From: a virus
Lineage: Duplodnaviria; Caudoviricetes
Strand: one strand, 5' to 3'
IMG/VR virus record: IMGVR_UViG_3300044641_001300
Span: 1-58,348 of that record
DNA: 58,348 bases
Shown here: one piece after another, positions 35,955-46,214 of the stretch
How positions within the stretch are numbered: the first letter of the stretch is position 1
How the letters are laid out: each line of letters starts with the position of its first letter
Notes under the pieces: generated by a model
The model's database searches: none
What the model saw: the letters and a program-made list of their open reading frames with translations, nothing else
Told to the model about the DNA's origin: nothing
Made by a program: the position numbers and the translations under genes

Positions 35955-36153
35955 TTCCGTTCCCTTTCTCTCGGTTACAGGATAAGTATATCCTACTGGG
36001 GTTAGGAATTCAACTTAAACCGCGCCAATTTTCTAGCCTTAGCCGATTCAGCCTGTTCTGCGAGCGCTTTGTCCAACTGCGCCCTGCGGATAGCCCGTAA
36101 TGAGCCTTCAGAGACCCGTAGGGGCTTGTTACGCCTTAGCCATGATGGAAGTA

Positions 36154-36333
36154 TCACCCGAACCACCTACCGCTCTCTATTGACCCTACAATCCCGAAAA
36201 TAAGCAGGATGCCTCCCAGGAACACGCAAGCCTCAAGATTCTCCGCCCAACTGCGTCCCTTGGAACTCAATCGGATTCCCTTCTTGAGCAATCGACCTTC
36301 TATGAAACCGATGTCCTCATTGATAGTTTTCAT
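36154..36333 (-). CDS. Small membrane protein
   Basis: MKTINEDIG...CVFLGGILLIFGIVG...; SD present. Confidence 0.5.
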   Translation of the reverse strand: MKTINEDIGFIEGRLLKKGIRLSSKGRSWAENLEACVFLGGILLIFGIVGSIESGRWFG

Positions 36334-36460
36334 GCTGTCCTCTCTTTGATTTGTCGAACTACACCGAAAGCCTGAAGTGAAGCATCAGCCTCACACCTAA
36401 AGCAATAGGTTTTTCCTTTAACCATCGTCAGTCTTAACTCGCTACCGCAAGTGAAGCATT

Positions 36461-37114
36461 TCATTTTTTCTCCTCCCATATAACTTCTGTCTCACCGCGG
36501 ACTGTAAGTAGTGCCACGATGTCTGACTTAGGAATCTTCCTCTCCAAGATGATTCCCTTCTTGCCAAATCGATTGGCAAAGAATTCTGCTTTGGATTTAT
36601 CTAGTGTCCAAGATAATCCGTTCTCGTTTAAGAATTCTTGGCAACCTCTGTAAATAGTTACCTCTTCAGGAAGCAAGCGCAAGGATTCTTTATCCTCGTC
36701 ATTCATCATGTCGTTACGGTCTCCACGGTCAGCGGAAAGTAATTTCTTCCAATCCTTTAGATAGGCATACTGGTTTTCTGTATCTATCCAAACCTGAGTA
36801 AGTAGTTGCCAGTAATTAACAATCCCTAATTGCTTCTCGATTTTCTTGAACGCTTCAACTCTGTATGGGCGCTCATGTAAAAATACATACTGGCTGTAAT
36901 TCCAAGACCCAAGCGCTTCTTTAACTGCTTTTAACTTCTGAGCATATTGAGCATTGGCGCTACCGTTGGAACGAAATGGCACTTGATAGACAAGTGGATG
37001 GCGCAACATTTCCCATTCGCCTGTGCTTTTTTCAAAGTATGGAAGCAGGTCAGAATGAAGTGGCTCGCTATGTTCAGCGACCAACTGTGCCATTAAATCT
37101 TCTACTTGACTCAT
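36461..37114 (-). CDS. Putative ART-fold protein
   Basis: IYRG...GLSWTL...AEFFA...RGETEVI resembles an R-S-E ADP-ribosyltransferase core. Confidence 0.5.
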   Translation of the reverse strand: MSQVEDLMAQLVAEHSEPLHSDLLPYFEKSTGEWEMLRHPLVYQVPFRSNGSANAQYAQKLKAVKEALGSWNYSQYVFLHERPYRVEAFKKIEKQLGIVNYWQLLTQVWIDTENQYAYLKDWKKLLSADRGDRNDMMNDEDKESLRLLPEEVTIYRGCQEFLNENGLSWTLDKSKAEFFANRFGKKGIILERKIPKSDIVALLTVRGETEVIWEEKK

Positions 37115-37956
37115 TAGTTCCCCCTCTTCTTGTACTTAGTTTCCAGTATTTTCAACTGCTGGTCAAATGACACGCCGTACTTCTCTGCAAGACTTTGGCA
37201 GATGATGTTCGCCTTCTCTTTGTTCTTTGCATTGTGTTGTTCTTGCTCCAAGATTGATTCAGCGGTGTGTGGTGTTCCGTCGTAGTAGTGAGTTACAACT
37301 TCTCTGTTCCATTGAAGATTGAACCACTCTGTTACCGCTGAACGCTCTGTCTTGATGACCTCTGTGTATTTTCCGTTTTTGAAGTAAAGGAACTCACCGC
37401 TCTTTGTTGGAGCGTTTGCTTTTTCCTTTGCAATCTTCTCAGCCTTTTTTGCATCTCTCCAAGCCTTTGCTTCAGCCTTGGCAATTTTGTCGGCTGTCAC
37501 GATTCTTGATGGACGATTCAAAACTTCTGCTGGAGCGCTTGGGTAACAAATTGTGCAAGCATCCTGACCAGCATCCTCGACGATTGTGTTCTCGTCGTCG
37601 TTGCTGTACTGAACTAACCAGTTGTATCTAGTTGTTGGAAAACAAGTATTGCAATCCATTGAACTGTGAACATGACCATTGCTGGCAAGAACTAAGAACG
37701 CTCTTGTCCATGGGTCTTGGTTGTAAATCTTGTTTAACTTTGCAATCTCAACATTGACTGCGCTGATTTCAGATTCAATAACAGCAATCTTTCCAATCGC
37801 TTTCTCAATCTCATCAACTCTAGTTGGGTAATGCTTCTCATAAAACTTCTTTGTATCTTCAGCAACATCTAACTTGCTGGATAAATCCCAACGCTTGTGA
37901 TACCAAGATGATAACTCTGTATCAATCTTGACTGCGAACTCTTTTGTGACTGACAT
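37114..37956 (-). CDS. Hypothetical protein with Zn-binding motif
   Basis: [11 protein letters not shown]...ACT.CYP.AP. Confidence 0.65.
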   Translation of the reverse strand: MSVTKEFAVKIDTELSSWYHKRWDLSSKLDVAEDTKKFYEKHYPTRVDEIEKAIGKIAVIESEISAVNVEIAKLNKIYNQDPWTRAFLVLASNGHVHSSMDCNTCFPTTRYNWLVQYSNDDENTIVEDAGQDACTICYPSAPAEVLNRPSRIVTADKIAKAEAKAWRDAKKAEKIAKEKANAPTKSGEFLYFKNGKYTEVIKTERSAVTEWFNLQWNREVVTHYYDGTPHTAESILEQEQHNAKNKEKANIICQSLAEKYGVSFDQQLKILETKYKKRGN

Positions 37957-38067
37957 GGTTTCCCCTCTCGTATTTACAACCCCAGTTTAGCATGGATTGT
38001 CCACAAGGTACAATTAACCCTAGTTTGTGTCCCCCGTGTCCCCGTGACCCCTGTTCTAAGGGTCAAA

Positions 38068-40341
38068 ATGCGCCTGTTTCGTATCCTCGCTATCTGCTCG
38101 CTGGTCTTTTGGTGGACTTTCCTGCCTACCGACTCAGCCTCGGCGAATGGCACGATTTCAGGGACCGTAAACGAAAATGGGACTTTGACCCTTGCCCCTC
38201 CACAGGGCTACAAAATTGGTGGGATTCAGTTTGCCTCTTATGGAACGCCCGTCGATTTTGCAATCGGGTCATGCCATGCAAGTAATTCAACTGCAAAAGT
38301 AGAAGCGGCGATAAATAACAATTCATTATCGATAGCCGCGACCAACGATGTATTCGGCGACCCTTGTTCGGGTGTAGGTAAAAGACTTAGTGTGATTCTT
38401 ACAGTCGAACCAATAGTTGTTCAACGGTCACTAGCCGCACCATCAGGACTTCAAGGACAGTTAGACGGTTCAACAGCAACGGTTAGTTGGAGCGCACCAG
38501 CGGAGGGCAATACTCCAGTAGAGCGATACGCAATTTTTTGGTCTTACGATAATTGGGCAAGCGGATGGGCTATTGCTTCAACAACTCTTAGCGCATCAAT
38601 CTCAGGTATTCCCGCGGGAGCGCAAGTACAAATAAAAGTTCGTGCCGATAATGATTCACTAGCGGTTTATTCAGGTTGGTCAAACGAAATCAATTTACAA
38701 ACAACACCTAGTCCCGAGCCTTCTCCAACTCCGACAGCCTCTCCTGAATCGAACGAAGCATCACCTTCACCAACAGAAAGTCCAACGCCAAGCCCAAGCC
38801 CAACCCCAACAGAAACCACAACGCCTGAGCCATCTCCTAGTCCCTCCACGGTTCCAACACCTCAACCAACTCCTCAGCCAACTGCAAGTCCTGAGCCTTC
38901 TGTAAGTCCGTCACCTGAACCATCGGCGAATCCTTCACCAACACCGTCGGAACCATCGCCCACTCCTTCTCCGACACCTCAACCAACATCGGAACCAACG
39001 GCTTCACCATCTCCAAGCCCTGAACCTTCCGTAACTCCGACTCCTCAACCTGAACCGACCCCGCAACCTTCGCCGTCCACAACTGAACCCACACCCTCGC
39101 CATCACCATCTCCTTCCGTTGAACCAACACCAACTCCGCAACCTACACCCGAACCTTCACCATCTCCAACACCTAGCCCAACTCCATCTCCGCAACCTGA
39201 ACCGATTCCCAATCCCGAACCAACCCCTGCTCCGAATCCAAACGGTACCCCCGCGGTAGAGCCGACTCCATCTCCGCAACCTGAACCTTCACCTGTTCCT
39301 GTTCCTGAACCCACTCCCATTCCGTCCCCTGAACCTGAGCCAAATCCAAATCCTGTAACGCCAATCGAACCTGCCCCTGAACCACAACCGCTCCCCGAGC
39401 CTGAGCCAACTCCTCAGCCCGTTGAACCACCTGTGACTGAACCCGTTGAACCCCCAACGGATACTGCCCCGATAAATCCCATACCCGAACCACTACCACC
39501 TATTGACCCCGAACCATTAGAACCATTGCCACCAATAGAAGAACCATTAGAACCTCCAGCGCTCGAACCAATCGAGCCACCTGTCGAGGAAGTTCCTGTC
39601 GAGGAACCACCAATCGAAATCCCAGTAGAACCAATCCCAGTAGAGCCACCGCAAGAAAATCCGTCCATAGAACCATTGGAAACCTCCGAGATTATTGATG
39701 ATGTTTTATCGGATGGAAAGATTACACCCGCTGATGCTGAAGCGGTAGTTGATTCATTGATGGAAGATGGACAAGTTACTGAAGCCGAAGCAACTGCCTT
39801 GATTGAAACTCTTACAGATGGTGGCGCTTTAACTCAAGCCGAAGAGGGTTTAATTATCGATGCTCTTTCAGCAGATGGTGAGATTACTCAGAGCGAAGTA
39901 AACAATCTTTCAGAGACTCTTTCTCAAGATGGAAAATTTACTGCCGCTGAAAAGGAACTTGTTGCTGAAGCCCTTATTGAATCTGCTCAAGGCGAAGCGA
40001 TAACTGTTGAATCTATCGCCGAGGCTGGAATCACCTTAGAAGATTTACCTCCTGAGCAACCTGTTGAAGTTCGTCAAGATGAGAATGGCAACGAGGTTGT
40101 TATTACAGCCGAAGTCGCTGTCGCTTTAGAACTGCTCACCTCGGCTGGAGATATTGTCTCAGCCATCTTTGAAAGCCCCGCACAACTTCTCTTCGCTATC
40201 GGAAACCTTGGAGCAGATATGTCTCCTGAAGAACGCGAGGAGGCAAGTAAAACAGTTATTGCCGCGACAATCGTTGGCAATATCGCTACGACTACAATGG
40301 CTACCGCAATCGGTAGTATTGGATATAGGAGACCAAATTGA
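38068..40341 (+). CDS. Cell-surface protein: signal peptide, SUEL/Gal-lectin-like domain, FN3, Pro-rich stalk, acidic domain, C-terminal hydrophobic segment
   Basis: FASYGTP...GSCHA.NS...N.VFGDPC.G..K.L.V lectin signature; AP.GL...W.AP....Y...Y/V.VRA.N FN3; ~330 aa PTP/PEP repeats. Confidence 0.8.
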   Translation: MRLFRILAICSLVFWWTFLPTDSASANGTISGTVNENGTLTLAPPQGYKIGGIQFASYGTPVDFAIGSCHASNSTAKVEAAINNNSLSIAATNDVFGDPCSGVGKRLSVILTVEPIVVQRSLAAPSGLQGQLDGSTATVSWSAPAEGNTPVERYAIFWSYDNWASGWAIASTTLSASISGIPAGAQVQIKVRADNDSLAVYSGWSNEINLQTTPSPEPSPTPTASPESNEASPSPTESPTPSPSPTPTETTTPEPSPSPSTVPTPQPTPQPTASPEPSVSPSPEPSANPSPTPSEPSPTPSPTPQPTSEPTASPSPSPEPSVTPTPQPEPTPQPSPSTTEPTPSPSPSPSVEPTPTPQPTPEPSPSPTPSPTPSPQPEPIPNPEPTPAPNPNGTPAVEPTPSPQPEPSPVPVPEPTPIPSPEPEPNPNPVTPIEPAPEPQPLPEPEPTPQPVEPPVTEPVEPPTDTAPINPIPEPLPPIDPEPLEPLPPIEEPLEPPALEPIEPPVEEVPVEEPPIEIPVEPIPVEPPQENPSIEPLETSEIIDDVLSDGKITPADAEAVVDSLMEDGQVTEAEATALIETLTDGGALTQAEEGLIIDALSADGEITQSEVNNLSETLSQDGKFTAAEKELVAEALIESAQGEAITVESIAEAGITLEDLPPEQPVEVRQDENGNEVVITAEVAVALELLTSAGDIVSAIFESPAQLLFAIGNLGADMSPEEREEASKTVIAATIVGNIATTTMATAIGSIGYRRPN

Positions 40342-40508
40342 AAGACTTCTTAAATGACCTCATCGGTCAAATATGGACAATGCTCGGAATGTTTGTTGCT
40401 TGGATTCTTGTTGATGGTGTTGCTAAAAATATCGTGGGCTATGCAATCCTAATTACTTTTGGCGTTTGGGTTCTGACTTATCCTCTTCGTCGGAAGAAAG
40501 AGGACTAA
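40338..40508 (+). CDS. 56-aa two-TM membrane protein coupled to the surface protein
   Basis: [25 protein letters not shown]...YPLRRKKED*; TTGA overlap; not in the ORF track. Confidence 0.65.
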   Translation: MKDFLNDLIGQIWTMLGMFVAWILVDGVAKNIVGYAILITFGVWVLTYPLRRKKED

Positions 40509-40746
40509 ACTCCTCCGACTTAGCGAATGGACTAAACGCTCCATTGATTTCATCGAGAGTTAGTTTCCCGTCGTCAAGATATTCACGGGCTAATCTTTCT
40601 GCCACGGATGCGACTGCTAACAATCCAGCCATGGATAGCGATACCCAAGTATCAATCCCAACAATCGCCCCTGCACCTAAAGTGCCAAGTGCGCCAACGG
40701 TAAACACCGCAACCATTCGACGCAATATGTCTTGGACTTTTTTCAT
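40453..40746 (-). CDS. Two-TM membrane protein with DDGKLT.DEI motif
   Basis: Hydrophobic helices; leaderless TAGACT-6nt-ATG. Confidence 0.6.
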   Translation of the reverse strand: MKKVQDILRRMVAVFTVGALGTLGAGAIVGIDTWVSLSMAGLLAVASVAERLAREYLDDGKLTLDEINGAFSPFAKSEEFSPLSSDEEDKSEPKRQK

Positions 40747-41264
40747 GCGACAAGTCTAGCGGATTCAATTTCCCGCTTTCTTGGCACTCTCGCTTTCTTA
40801 GTCTTGGTCATCACCCGAACTCTTTTCTCGTTGAAGGCGTTTGCCAATTTATCGGCATCGGGCTTTCCGAGATACCTCGTAGTGAATTGCAGTAAGACAT
40901 CGGCGAACTCTGCTCCATGGGATTCTCTGCCCCAAGTTATGTGATGGGCAATCTCATGAAGGACGATGAATTTATTTCTGCCCCATTTATTTAATCGAAT
41001 CAATCGGACGGTCTCCCAGTTCCGAGTTCTCATCGTGGCATGGTTTCCGTTACCAGCCTCGACCAATATCTTTGACGGATATGTGCTGAACTGGAATCGA
41101 TACTGCTCATGAAGTTTCTTAGTCCTCTGATGAGATAGCACCTGATTGACGAATTTCTGCGCCTCTTTGATTGTCATGAGTTCGCCCGTGTCATAGAACC
41201 CTGCGAGCCTCTGAGCATCGTATAGCCGTTGTTTCTGACTGTCCCTAGGTTTTGTACCTGCCAT
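40743..41264 (-). CDS. SprT-like zinc metallopeptidase
   Basis: VLHEIAHH...SHG.EF. Confidence 0.75.
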   Translation of the reverse strand: MAGTKPRDSQKQRLYDAQRLAGFYDTGELMTIKEAQKFVNQVLSHQRTKKLHEQYRFQFSTYPSKILVEAGNGNHATMRTRNWETVRLIRLNKWGRNKFIVLHEIAHHITWGRESHGAEFADVLLQFTTRYLGKPDADKLANAFNEKRVRVMTKTKKARVPRKREIESARLVA

Positions 41265-41580
41265 GGGTATTCCTTTCTCTTAAGGACCATTATACCAAAT
41301 GGGGGTTATGAAATATCCCTAAACTTGAGTCGGCTCCGCTCAACTTTTCCCCGACACGCCGCGATTAGGTGCCTGAAACCGCCTTTCTTGATTGGCTTTA
41401 TTAACCCCCGTTTGGTATACTCAGAGATGTCCGAGAGGAGGACAAGATGGAAAAGTGTGTGAAGTGCGGGGTCGCTGTTGAAAAGATGGAAGTCTTTCAA
41501 GGTGGCGTTTGCTTGGCTTGTTACGCGGTGGAATTCGAAAAGGAATTTCAAAGCGCTTTGAAGATAGCGAGGTTCAAATA

Positions 41581-41895
41581 ATGGCTCTTGACTACAAAGG
41601 TTTTGAGTGGGGAAATCGAATTTCCTCCGATGAGGATTCAGTCGATAGATTCCTTCACGAAGGTTTAGTCCCACAATCACCATCTGTCGGAGATTTACAT
41701 GGTGCCGCTGAATGGTTGGCAACTTATGGTGCTGAAAATTCTGAGGATGCTCAAGGATGGGCGAATGTCGTTGCGTTCTTGATTTTGACTGCGGAATCTA
41801 AAGAGAAGCGTTCGGTCTTGGCTCAGGCAAAAAAGAAGTTTGCCGAGGCTAACGGAATTCCTGTGTCACAAGTAAGAATTAACAGGAATAACTAA
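41581..41895 (+). CDS. Hypothetical early protein
   Basis: MALDYK start after a short CxxC ORF beginning at 41447. Confidence 0.6.
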   Translation: MALDYKGFEWGNRISSDEDSVDRFLHEGLVPQSPSVGDLHGAAEWLATYGAENSEDAQGWANVVAFLILTAESKEKRSVLAQAKKKFAEANGIPVSQVRINRNN

Positions 41896-41938
41896 CCCGA
41901 GTTATGTTATACTCAGATTGTCTTAGAGAGGAGACAAA

Positions 41939-42274
41939 ATGACAAAGCAAGAAGGTCGTCCGTTTAATGAGGATGAACTCATTAACCAAATAGGTCGCAT
42001 GAATGTTTTTGCTATCTCAGGTGGTCGCGTCGGAGTTATTGTAAATAACGAAGGCGAGACTGTTGAGGTTCAATTACCAGTATCAAACGGATACAGAGTT
42101 TCAATCGCTTTAGGTTGGAACGATACATGGACAGTAAGCCGTCAGTTCGTCCGTAAGGGCGTTGTATCTGACAAAGGCACTTTAGAAAATGTTTACTGCG
42201 AGCAGGTCGGCGAGATTGCTTACAAAGCATCTTGCTTCAGAAATGTTCAATTCGGAGAGAAGGAGAGCGCATAA
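41939..42274 (+). CDS. Hypothetical early protein
   Basis: 111 aa; promoter and SD upstream. Confidence 0.7.
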   Translation: MTKQEGRPFNEDELINQIGRMNVFAISGGRVGVIVNNEGETVEVQLPVSNGYRVSIALGWNDTWTVSRQFVRKGVVSDKGTLENVYCEQVGEIAYKASCFRNVQFGEKESA

Positions 42275-42600
42275 TGACTAAAATCAAAATCACTTGGAAA
42301 GCGTTTGGCGACCAGCCACAGCGCGGACGCTTCATTAGTAGCGTCGAAGTAGAACTAGCAAAGCAGGTCAGCGATGACTTTAGAATCTGCAATGCAATCT
42401 ATAAGGTGACAAACCTTCAGGGTGAACTTGCTGACTTCGGTGCTTCACTAGCGGAAATCAATCTATGGGAAACAATCGAATCAAAGTTGTCTCCAACTAG
42501 AACTCACACATCCCTTTCAGTAGGCGATGAGGTTGAGATTGATGGTCGCGCTTATGTCTGCAAAGACCTTGGCTTCCAAAGAGTCGAGGTAAGCGCATGA
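42274..42600 (+). CDS. Hypothetical early protein
   Basis: SLSVGD.V.IDG..Y.C...GF C-terminal motif (YodL-like). Confidence 0.6.
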   Translation: MTKIKITWKAFGDQPQRGRFISSVEVELAKQVSDDFRICNAIYKVTNLQGELADFGASLAEINLWETIESKLSPTRTHTSLSVGDEVEIDGRAYVCKDLGFQRVEVSA

Positions 42601-42788
42601 ATCTCATTGAAGCAAAAAAGATTGTTGGCAACCAGCCAACTTGGGCTTTGAAGAATATGGTCAAGGCTCTTAAGATGTTGCCAGCAATGAACACCGCGGA
42701 GGATGAACTAAATCTGCAAGCGGCGAAGATTGTGCTTAAAGATAGAAAGTAGTTTATACTGGGGTTTAATATAGAGAGAGAAGGAAAT

Positions 42789-43712
42789 ATGGAACACGCA
42801 ATTTTAGTTCATTCGCCCGAGTATGCGAATTGGGTCTTTGACCCTACGCATCCAACTCAAGGGCGTCGGTTCCTTCATGCCCGTAATCAATTCCTTTTGC
42901 GAGCGCAAGAGCGTCATTTGAATGTGTATGAGATTGAACCTCAGATACCACACACCGATGACCTTCATTTAGTTCACGATATGGAATATGTCTACGATGT
43001 AACCGTTCGCGGGGAATCGGCAGAATGGGATGGACAACGCCACGACTTAGGCGAACTAGCCAAGTTATTCGCTGGCGGGACTTTGACTGCCCTAGATTCT
43101 TTGATTGATTACAAAACTAGATTGGCTGTTCACTTCGCAGGTGCAAAGCATCACGCGATGCGTGACTACTCAAGCGGATTCTGTATCTTCAATGACTTTG
43201 CTATCGCCGCTACCAAGGCGACTGAAGAGTATGACCAGCGCGTAGCCATCTTTGATTGCGATGCTCACCATGGTGACGGTACTGAAATGCTGTTGAAGAA
43301 GAATAAGAATGTTATGACTTATTCAGTTCATGAGTATGGAATTTTTCCAGGCACGGGTTTGATGAGCGATTGGAAACACCGCGCTTACAACTTCCCGCTT
43401 GCATCTAAGTCGGGCGATGAAGCCTTGCTATCTGCTACCGAGGGATTCCTTCAGGCTTGCGATGAATTCAAACCTACAATGATTTTCGTTGCCTGTGGTG
43501 CCGATGCTTTGAAGAATGACCCGCTCTCATCTCTTGAGTTCACCAAAGAGGGTTACTTCGAATCCATGCGGATGATTAGGGAGCAATACTTCGACCATCC
43601 AATTCTCCTAGGCGGAGCAGGTGGTTACCAGCCTGACACGGAAACCCCTGACCTATGGGCGACAGTTGCTCTAGGACTTATGGCGGTTCAAACCGAGGTT
43701 GTAAAACCCTAA
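42789..43712 (+). CDS. Zn-dependent deacetylase (HDAC/AcuC family)
   Basis: HHA....SGFC.FND.AIA, D.DAHHGDGT, S.H, GAD....DPL, GGY. Confidence 0.93.
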   Translation: MEHAILVHSPEYANWVFDPTHPTQGRRFLHARNQFLLRAQERHLNVYEIEPQIPHTDDLHLVHDMEYVYDVTVRGESAEWDGQRHDLGELAKLFAGGTLTALDSLIDYKTRLAVHFAGAKHHAMRDYSSGFCIFNDFAIAATKATEEYDQRVAIFDCDAHHGDGTEMLLKKNKNVMTYSVHEYGIFPGTGLMSDWKHRAYNFPLASKSGDEALLSATEGFLQACDEFKPTMIFVACGADALKNDPLSSLEFTKEGYFESMRMIREQYFDHPILLGGAGGYQPDTETPDLWATVALGLMAVQTEVVKP

Positions 43713-43729
43713 CCGTTACGATTGGTGCC

Positions 43730-44452
43730 ATGAACCCACCAAAAAAACTGCTGACACAAAACAGCGAGTTAAAGCCTGACGGAATCTTTAACTGGACTCT
43801 ACCTGCCTTTGCAATAAAATTAACAGATGGAAGTAATTTTAATGTTTGTCCGCAAGCAGGAGCCTGTGCAAGTTTTTGTTATGCAAGAAATGGGACTTAT
43901 CTGTTTAGCAATGTGCGCTCGCGCCATGTCTTAAATCTTGAATATGTAATGCACTATCCCGAGCAATGGTTTGAGCAGATGTTGGCTGAGGTGCAAAAGC
44001 CGAAGATGATTGGCAAGCACATTCGAATTCACGATGCTGGAGATTTCTTCTCTGAAGATTATCTCAACCTATGGTTGAAGATTGCTAGGGCAACTCCCGA
44101 TGTAACTTTCTATTGCTACACAAAGGAAGTCGCTCTATTCAAGAAAGTCGTTGAGCCTGATTGCCCTGCGAACTTTCGTTACCTTTACAGTATGGGCGGA
44201 AAGCAAGACCATCTGATTAACAAAGAGACTGACCGCCATGCTGAAGTCTTTCCCGATGATGTCGCTATTTTGGATGCAGGTTATATGAGCCAAGATGCAA
44301 GCGACTTATTGGCTATTACTTTACCGAGTAACAAAATCGGCATACCCGCTAATAACATCCGCCACTTTAATAAAAAATTGGCTGGTCGTACCTTCGGCGA
44401 TGTGCAAGATGAGATTGACCAAAAGCGCAAAGTAAAACTAAGCGGGGCATAA
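43730..44452 (+). CDS. Gp88-like (radical-SAM-related) protein
   Basis: CP.AG.C...CYA, RIHDAGDF, Y.YTK. Confidence 0.75.
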   Translation: MNPPKKLLTQNSELKPDGIFNWTLPAFAIKLTDGSNFNVCPQAGACASFCYARNGTYLFSNVRSRHVLNLEYVMHYPEQWFEQMLAEVQKPKMIGKHIRIHDAGDFFSEDYLNLWLKIARATPDVTFYCYTKEVALFKKVVEPDCPANFRYLYSMGGKQDHLINKETDRHAEVFPDDVAILDAGYMSQDASDLLAITLPSNKIGIPANNIRHFNKKLAGRTFGDVQDEIDQKRKVKLSGA

Positions 44453-45012
44453 TGACAACAATCCTTGCCGTTCAACATCCCGATAAAGTCTCTCTAGGCG
44501 CGGACTCACAGGTAACTGCTGGCAATGGAAGAACTGCTAACCATCCTCAGATGGTGAAGATAAGTCAGAAGGGTGATTACATAATCGCGGGTGCTGGAGA
44601 ATGTGCGCCTTGCGATATTGCTCAACATATATGGATTCCTCCAACTCCTACCGCTAAAGACTGGAATAACCTTTATCACTTTATGATTGCCAAGGTTGTC
44701 CCCTCACTTAAAGCCTCTTTCAAAGAGAACGAATACAAGTGGGATACCGACGATGACGAAGCAAAGTTTTCTTTTCTTATCGCATTAGGCGGAGAGATAT
44801 TTGAAATAGCCGATGACTTCTCGGTGTGCCTGGACTCAAAGGGTTTCTACGGTGTTGGCTCGGGTTCTAGTTATGGAATCGGTGCGCTATCGGCTGGAGC
44901 ATCACTACCCAAGGCGCTCAAGATAAGTTCGGATAACGACGCCTACACATCCGCCCCATTTATTTATTTCCATCAGACAAAGCGAAAGGTTGCATCCTCC
45001 ACTAAAAAGTAG
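44452..45012 (+). CDS. Ntn-hydrolase, HslV/proteasome-beta-like peptidase
   Basis: N-terminal M-T-T, ADSQ, conserved Lys, GSGS. Confidence 0.8.
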   Translation: MTTILAVQHPDKVSLGADSQVTAGNGRTANHPQMVKISQKGDYIIAGAGECAPCDIAQHIWIPPTPTAKDWNNLYHFMIAKVVPSLKASFKENEYKWDTDDDEAKFSFLIALGGEIFEIADDFSVCLDSKGFYGVGSGSSYGIGALSAGASLPKALKISSDNDAYTSAPFIYFHQTKRKVASSTKK

Positions 45013-45056
45013 TATCCTAACCCCAGTTGTATATCCTTACAACAAGAGAGGAATCT

Positions 45057-45242
45057 ATGGAGAATCAACAAGAACTGATTGACCAAAAGTTCAGTCAGAT
45101 TGTAAACAAGCCAACAATCAAGATGAAGCGTCCACCATCAAAGTTCCCTGAACTACGCTATCTATGGGGCGCTACTTTGTTAGGAAGTTTTATCCTGATT
45201 GTCATTAGTTCGGTAGTTACTACGATTATCGAAGCCCTGTAA
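45057..45242 (+). CDS. Small membrane protein
   Basis: SD GAGAGG, C-terminal TM. Confidence 0.55.
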   Translation: MENQQELIDQKFSQIVNKPTIKMKRPPSKFPELRYLWGATLLGSFILIVISSVVTTIIEAL

Positions 45243-45309
45243 TCCGCACACGCAGATTACGCGGGACTCAAAGTAAGTTGGATTAGGAACGGGAATCACT
45301 CGGTAGCAA

Positions 45310-45516
45310 TCAGCCAAGTGGTTCTCGTTTTTCCATATATCGTTCGGGGTCATAAATAGTTAGAGCCTTTGCTATTAAGTGAGGTTGTAAAGTCTTTGCA
45401 TGATGTCCGCAAAAGTAAAGGTCACCATTTAGAAACGAGGCTCCGACCTTTGCCTTGGCTCCGCATCTATCGCAATTCTCGAACACCTCAAGAGGCGCTT
45501 GAACCATTGCGGTCAT
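45310..45516 (-). CDS. Small actinobacterial zinc-finger protein
   Basis: CDRCGA.A...L.FCGHH. Confidence 0.7.
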   Translation of the reverse strand: MTAMVQAPLEVFENCDRCGAKAKVGASFLNGDLYFCGHHAKTLQPHLIAKALTIYDPERYMEKREPLG

Positions 45517-45652
45517 TTCTTTTTTTTCGACTCAGGTGGATATTTCTCAATCCACTCTTTGATTCTTCCGTCTTTGTGAAGTCGCACTATCCATCCATCC
45601 TTTATCTGCATTGGATTAAATGGGTGTTTTGTTTTAGCGCTTCCTTTTGCCA

Positions 45653-46081
45653 TTACTTAAGGCGCCCTGCATTTGTATCTGTGACTGGACCTCCGACAAT
45701 CCAAGCACGGCAAGTTCTAGCGCTCGCACATTTGAAATCGAAAGCCTCGCAATATCCCAACTCACCTGCATCGGTTACATCCCAAGCGGTCTCGCGGTTA
45801 TCTCCTTGGGCTAATCCGCCCTCGATACATTGGAGCATCGCTGAGGTTTGGATAAACGCGGCACAGTTGCCACATCTTTGTTTCATGGCTTCCTCGGCGC
45901 TTACGCCCCATTCAGCCCCTATCTTCGCCCAGTAGTCATCATTAGGCTCGGACGGGTTCAAAGGACCGTACATAGCCGTCTGAATGGCTTTGGCACGGTT
46001 CTCAAGGTTGGCTCTTACATCCTGCGTCGCTGTTGGGCATGAAGCCTTCAATAGAGCGGAGACTGCTGGTGTAAGAGACAT
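45653..46081 (-). CDS. Cys-rich protein with HiPIP-like spacing
   Basis: QRCGNCAAF...GYC..F.F.C...RTC.AW; leaderless start. Confidence 0.6.
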   Translation of the reverse strand: MSLTPAVSALLKASCPTATQDVRANLENRAKAIQTAMYGPLNPSEPNDDYWAKIGAEWGVSAEEAMKQRCGNCAAFIQTSAMLQCIEGGLAQGDNRETAWDVTDAGELGYCEAFDFKCASARTCRAWIVGGPVTDTNAGRLK

Positions 46082-46214
46082 GAGCCAAGGGTATCAGGCG
46101 AACAGATGTTCGAATTGTGTGGCACAAAAATACTTTAGAAATATCCTTGTTTCGGGATGATTATTAACCCCCGTTGTGTTACACTTGATGTACGAGGTAA
46201 AGAGAGGAAATAAA

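Noticed and set aside
38700-39670. Repetitive DNA resembling an array
   Set aside because: Degenerate codon-level repeats of a Pro/Thr/Glu stalk; no constant repeat-spacer structure, no cas genes; the antisense Gly/Val ORFs are shadows
45369-45935. 188-aa plus-strand ORF
   Set aside because: Overlaps better-supported minus-strand genes with recognisable Cys motifs
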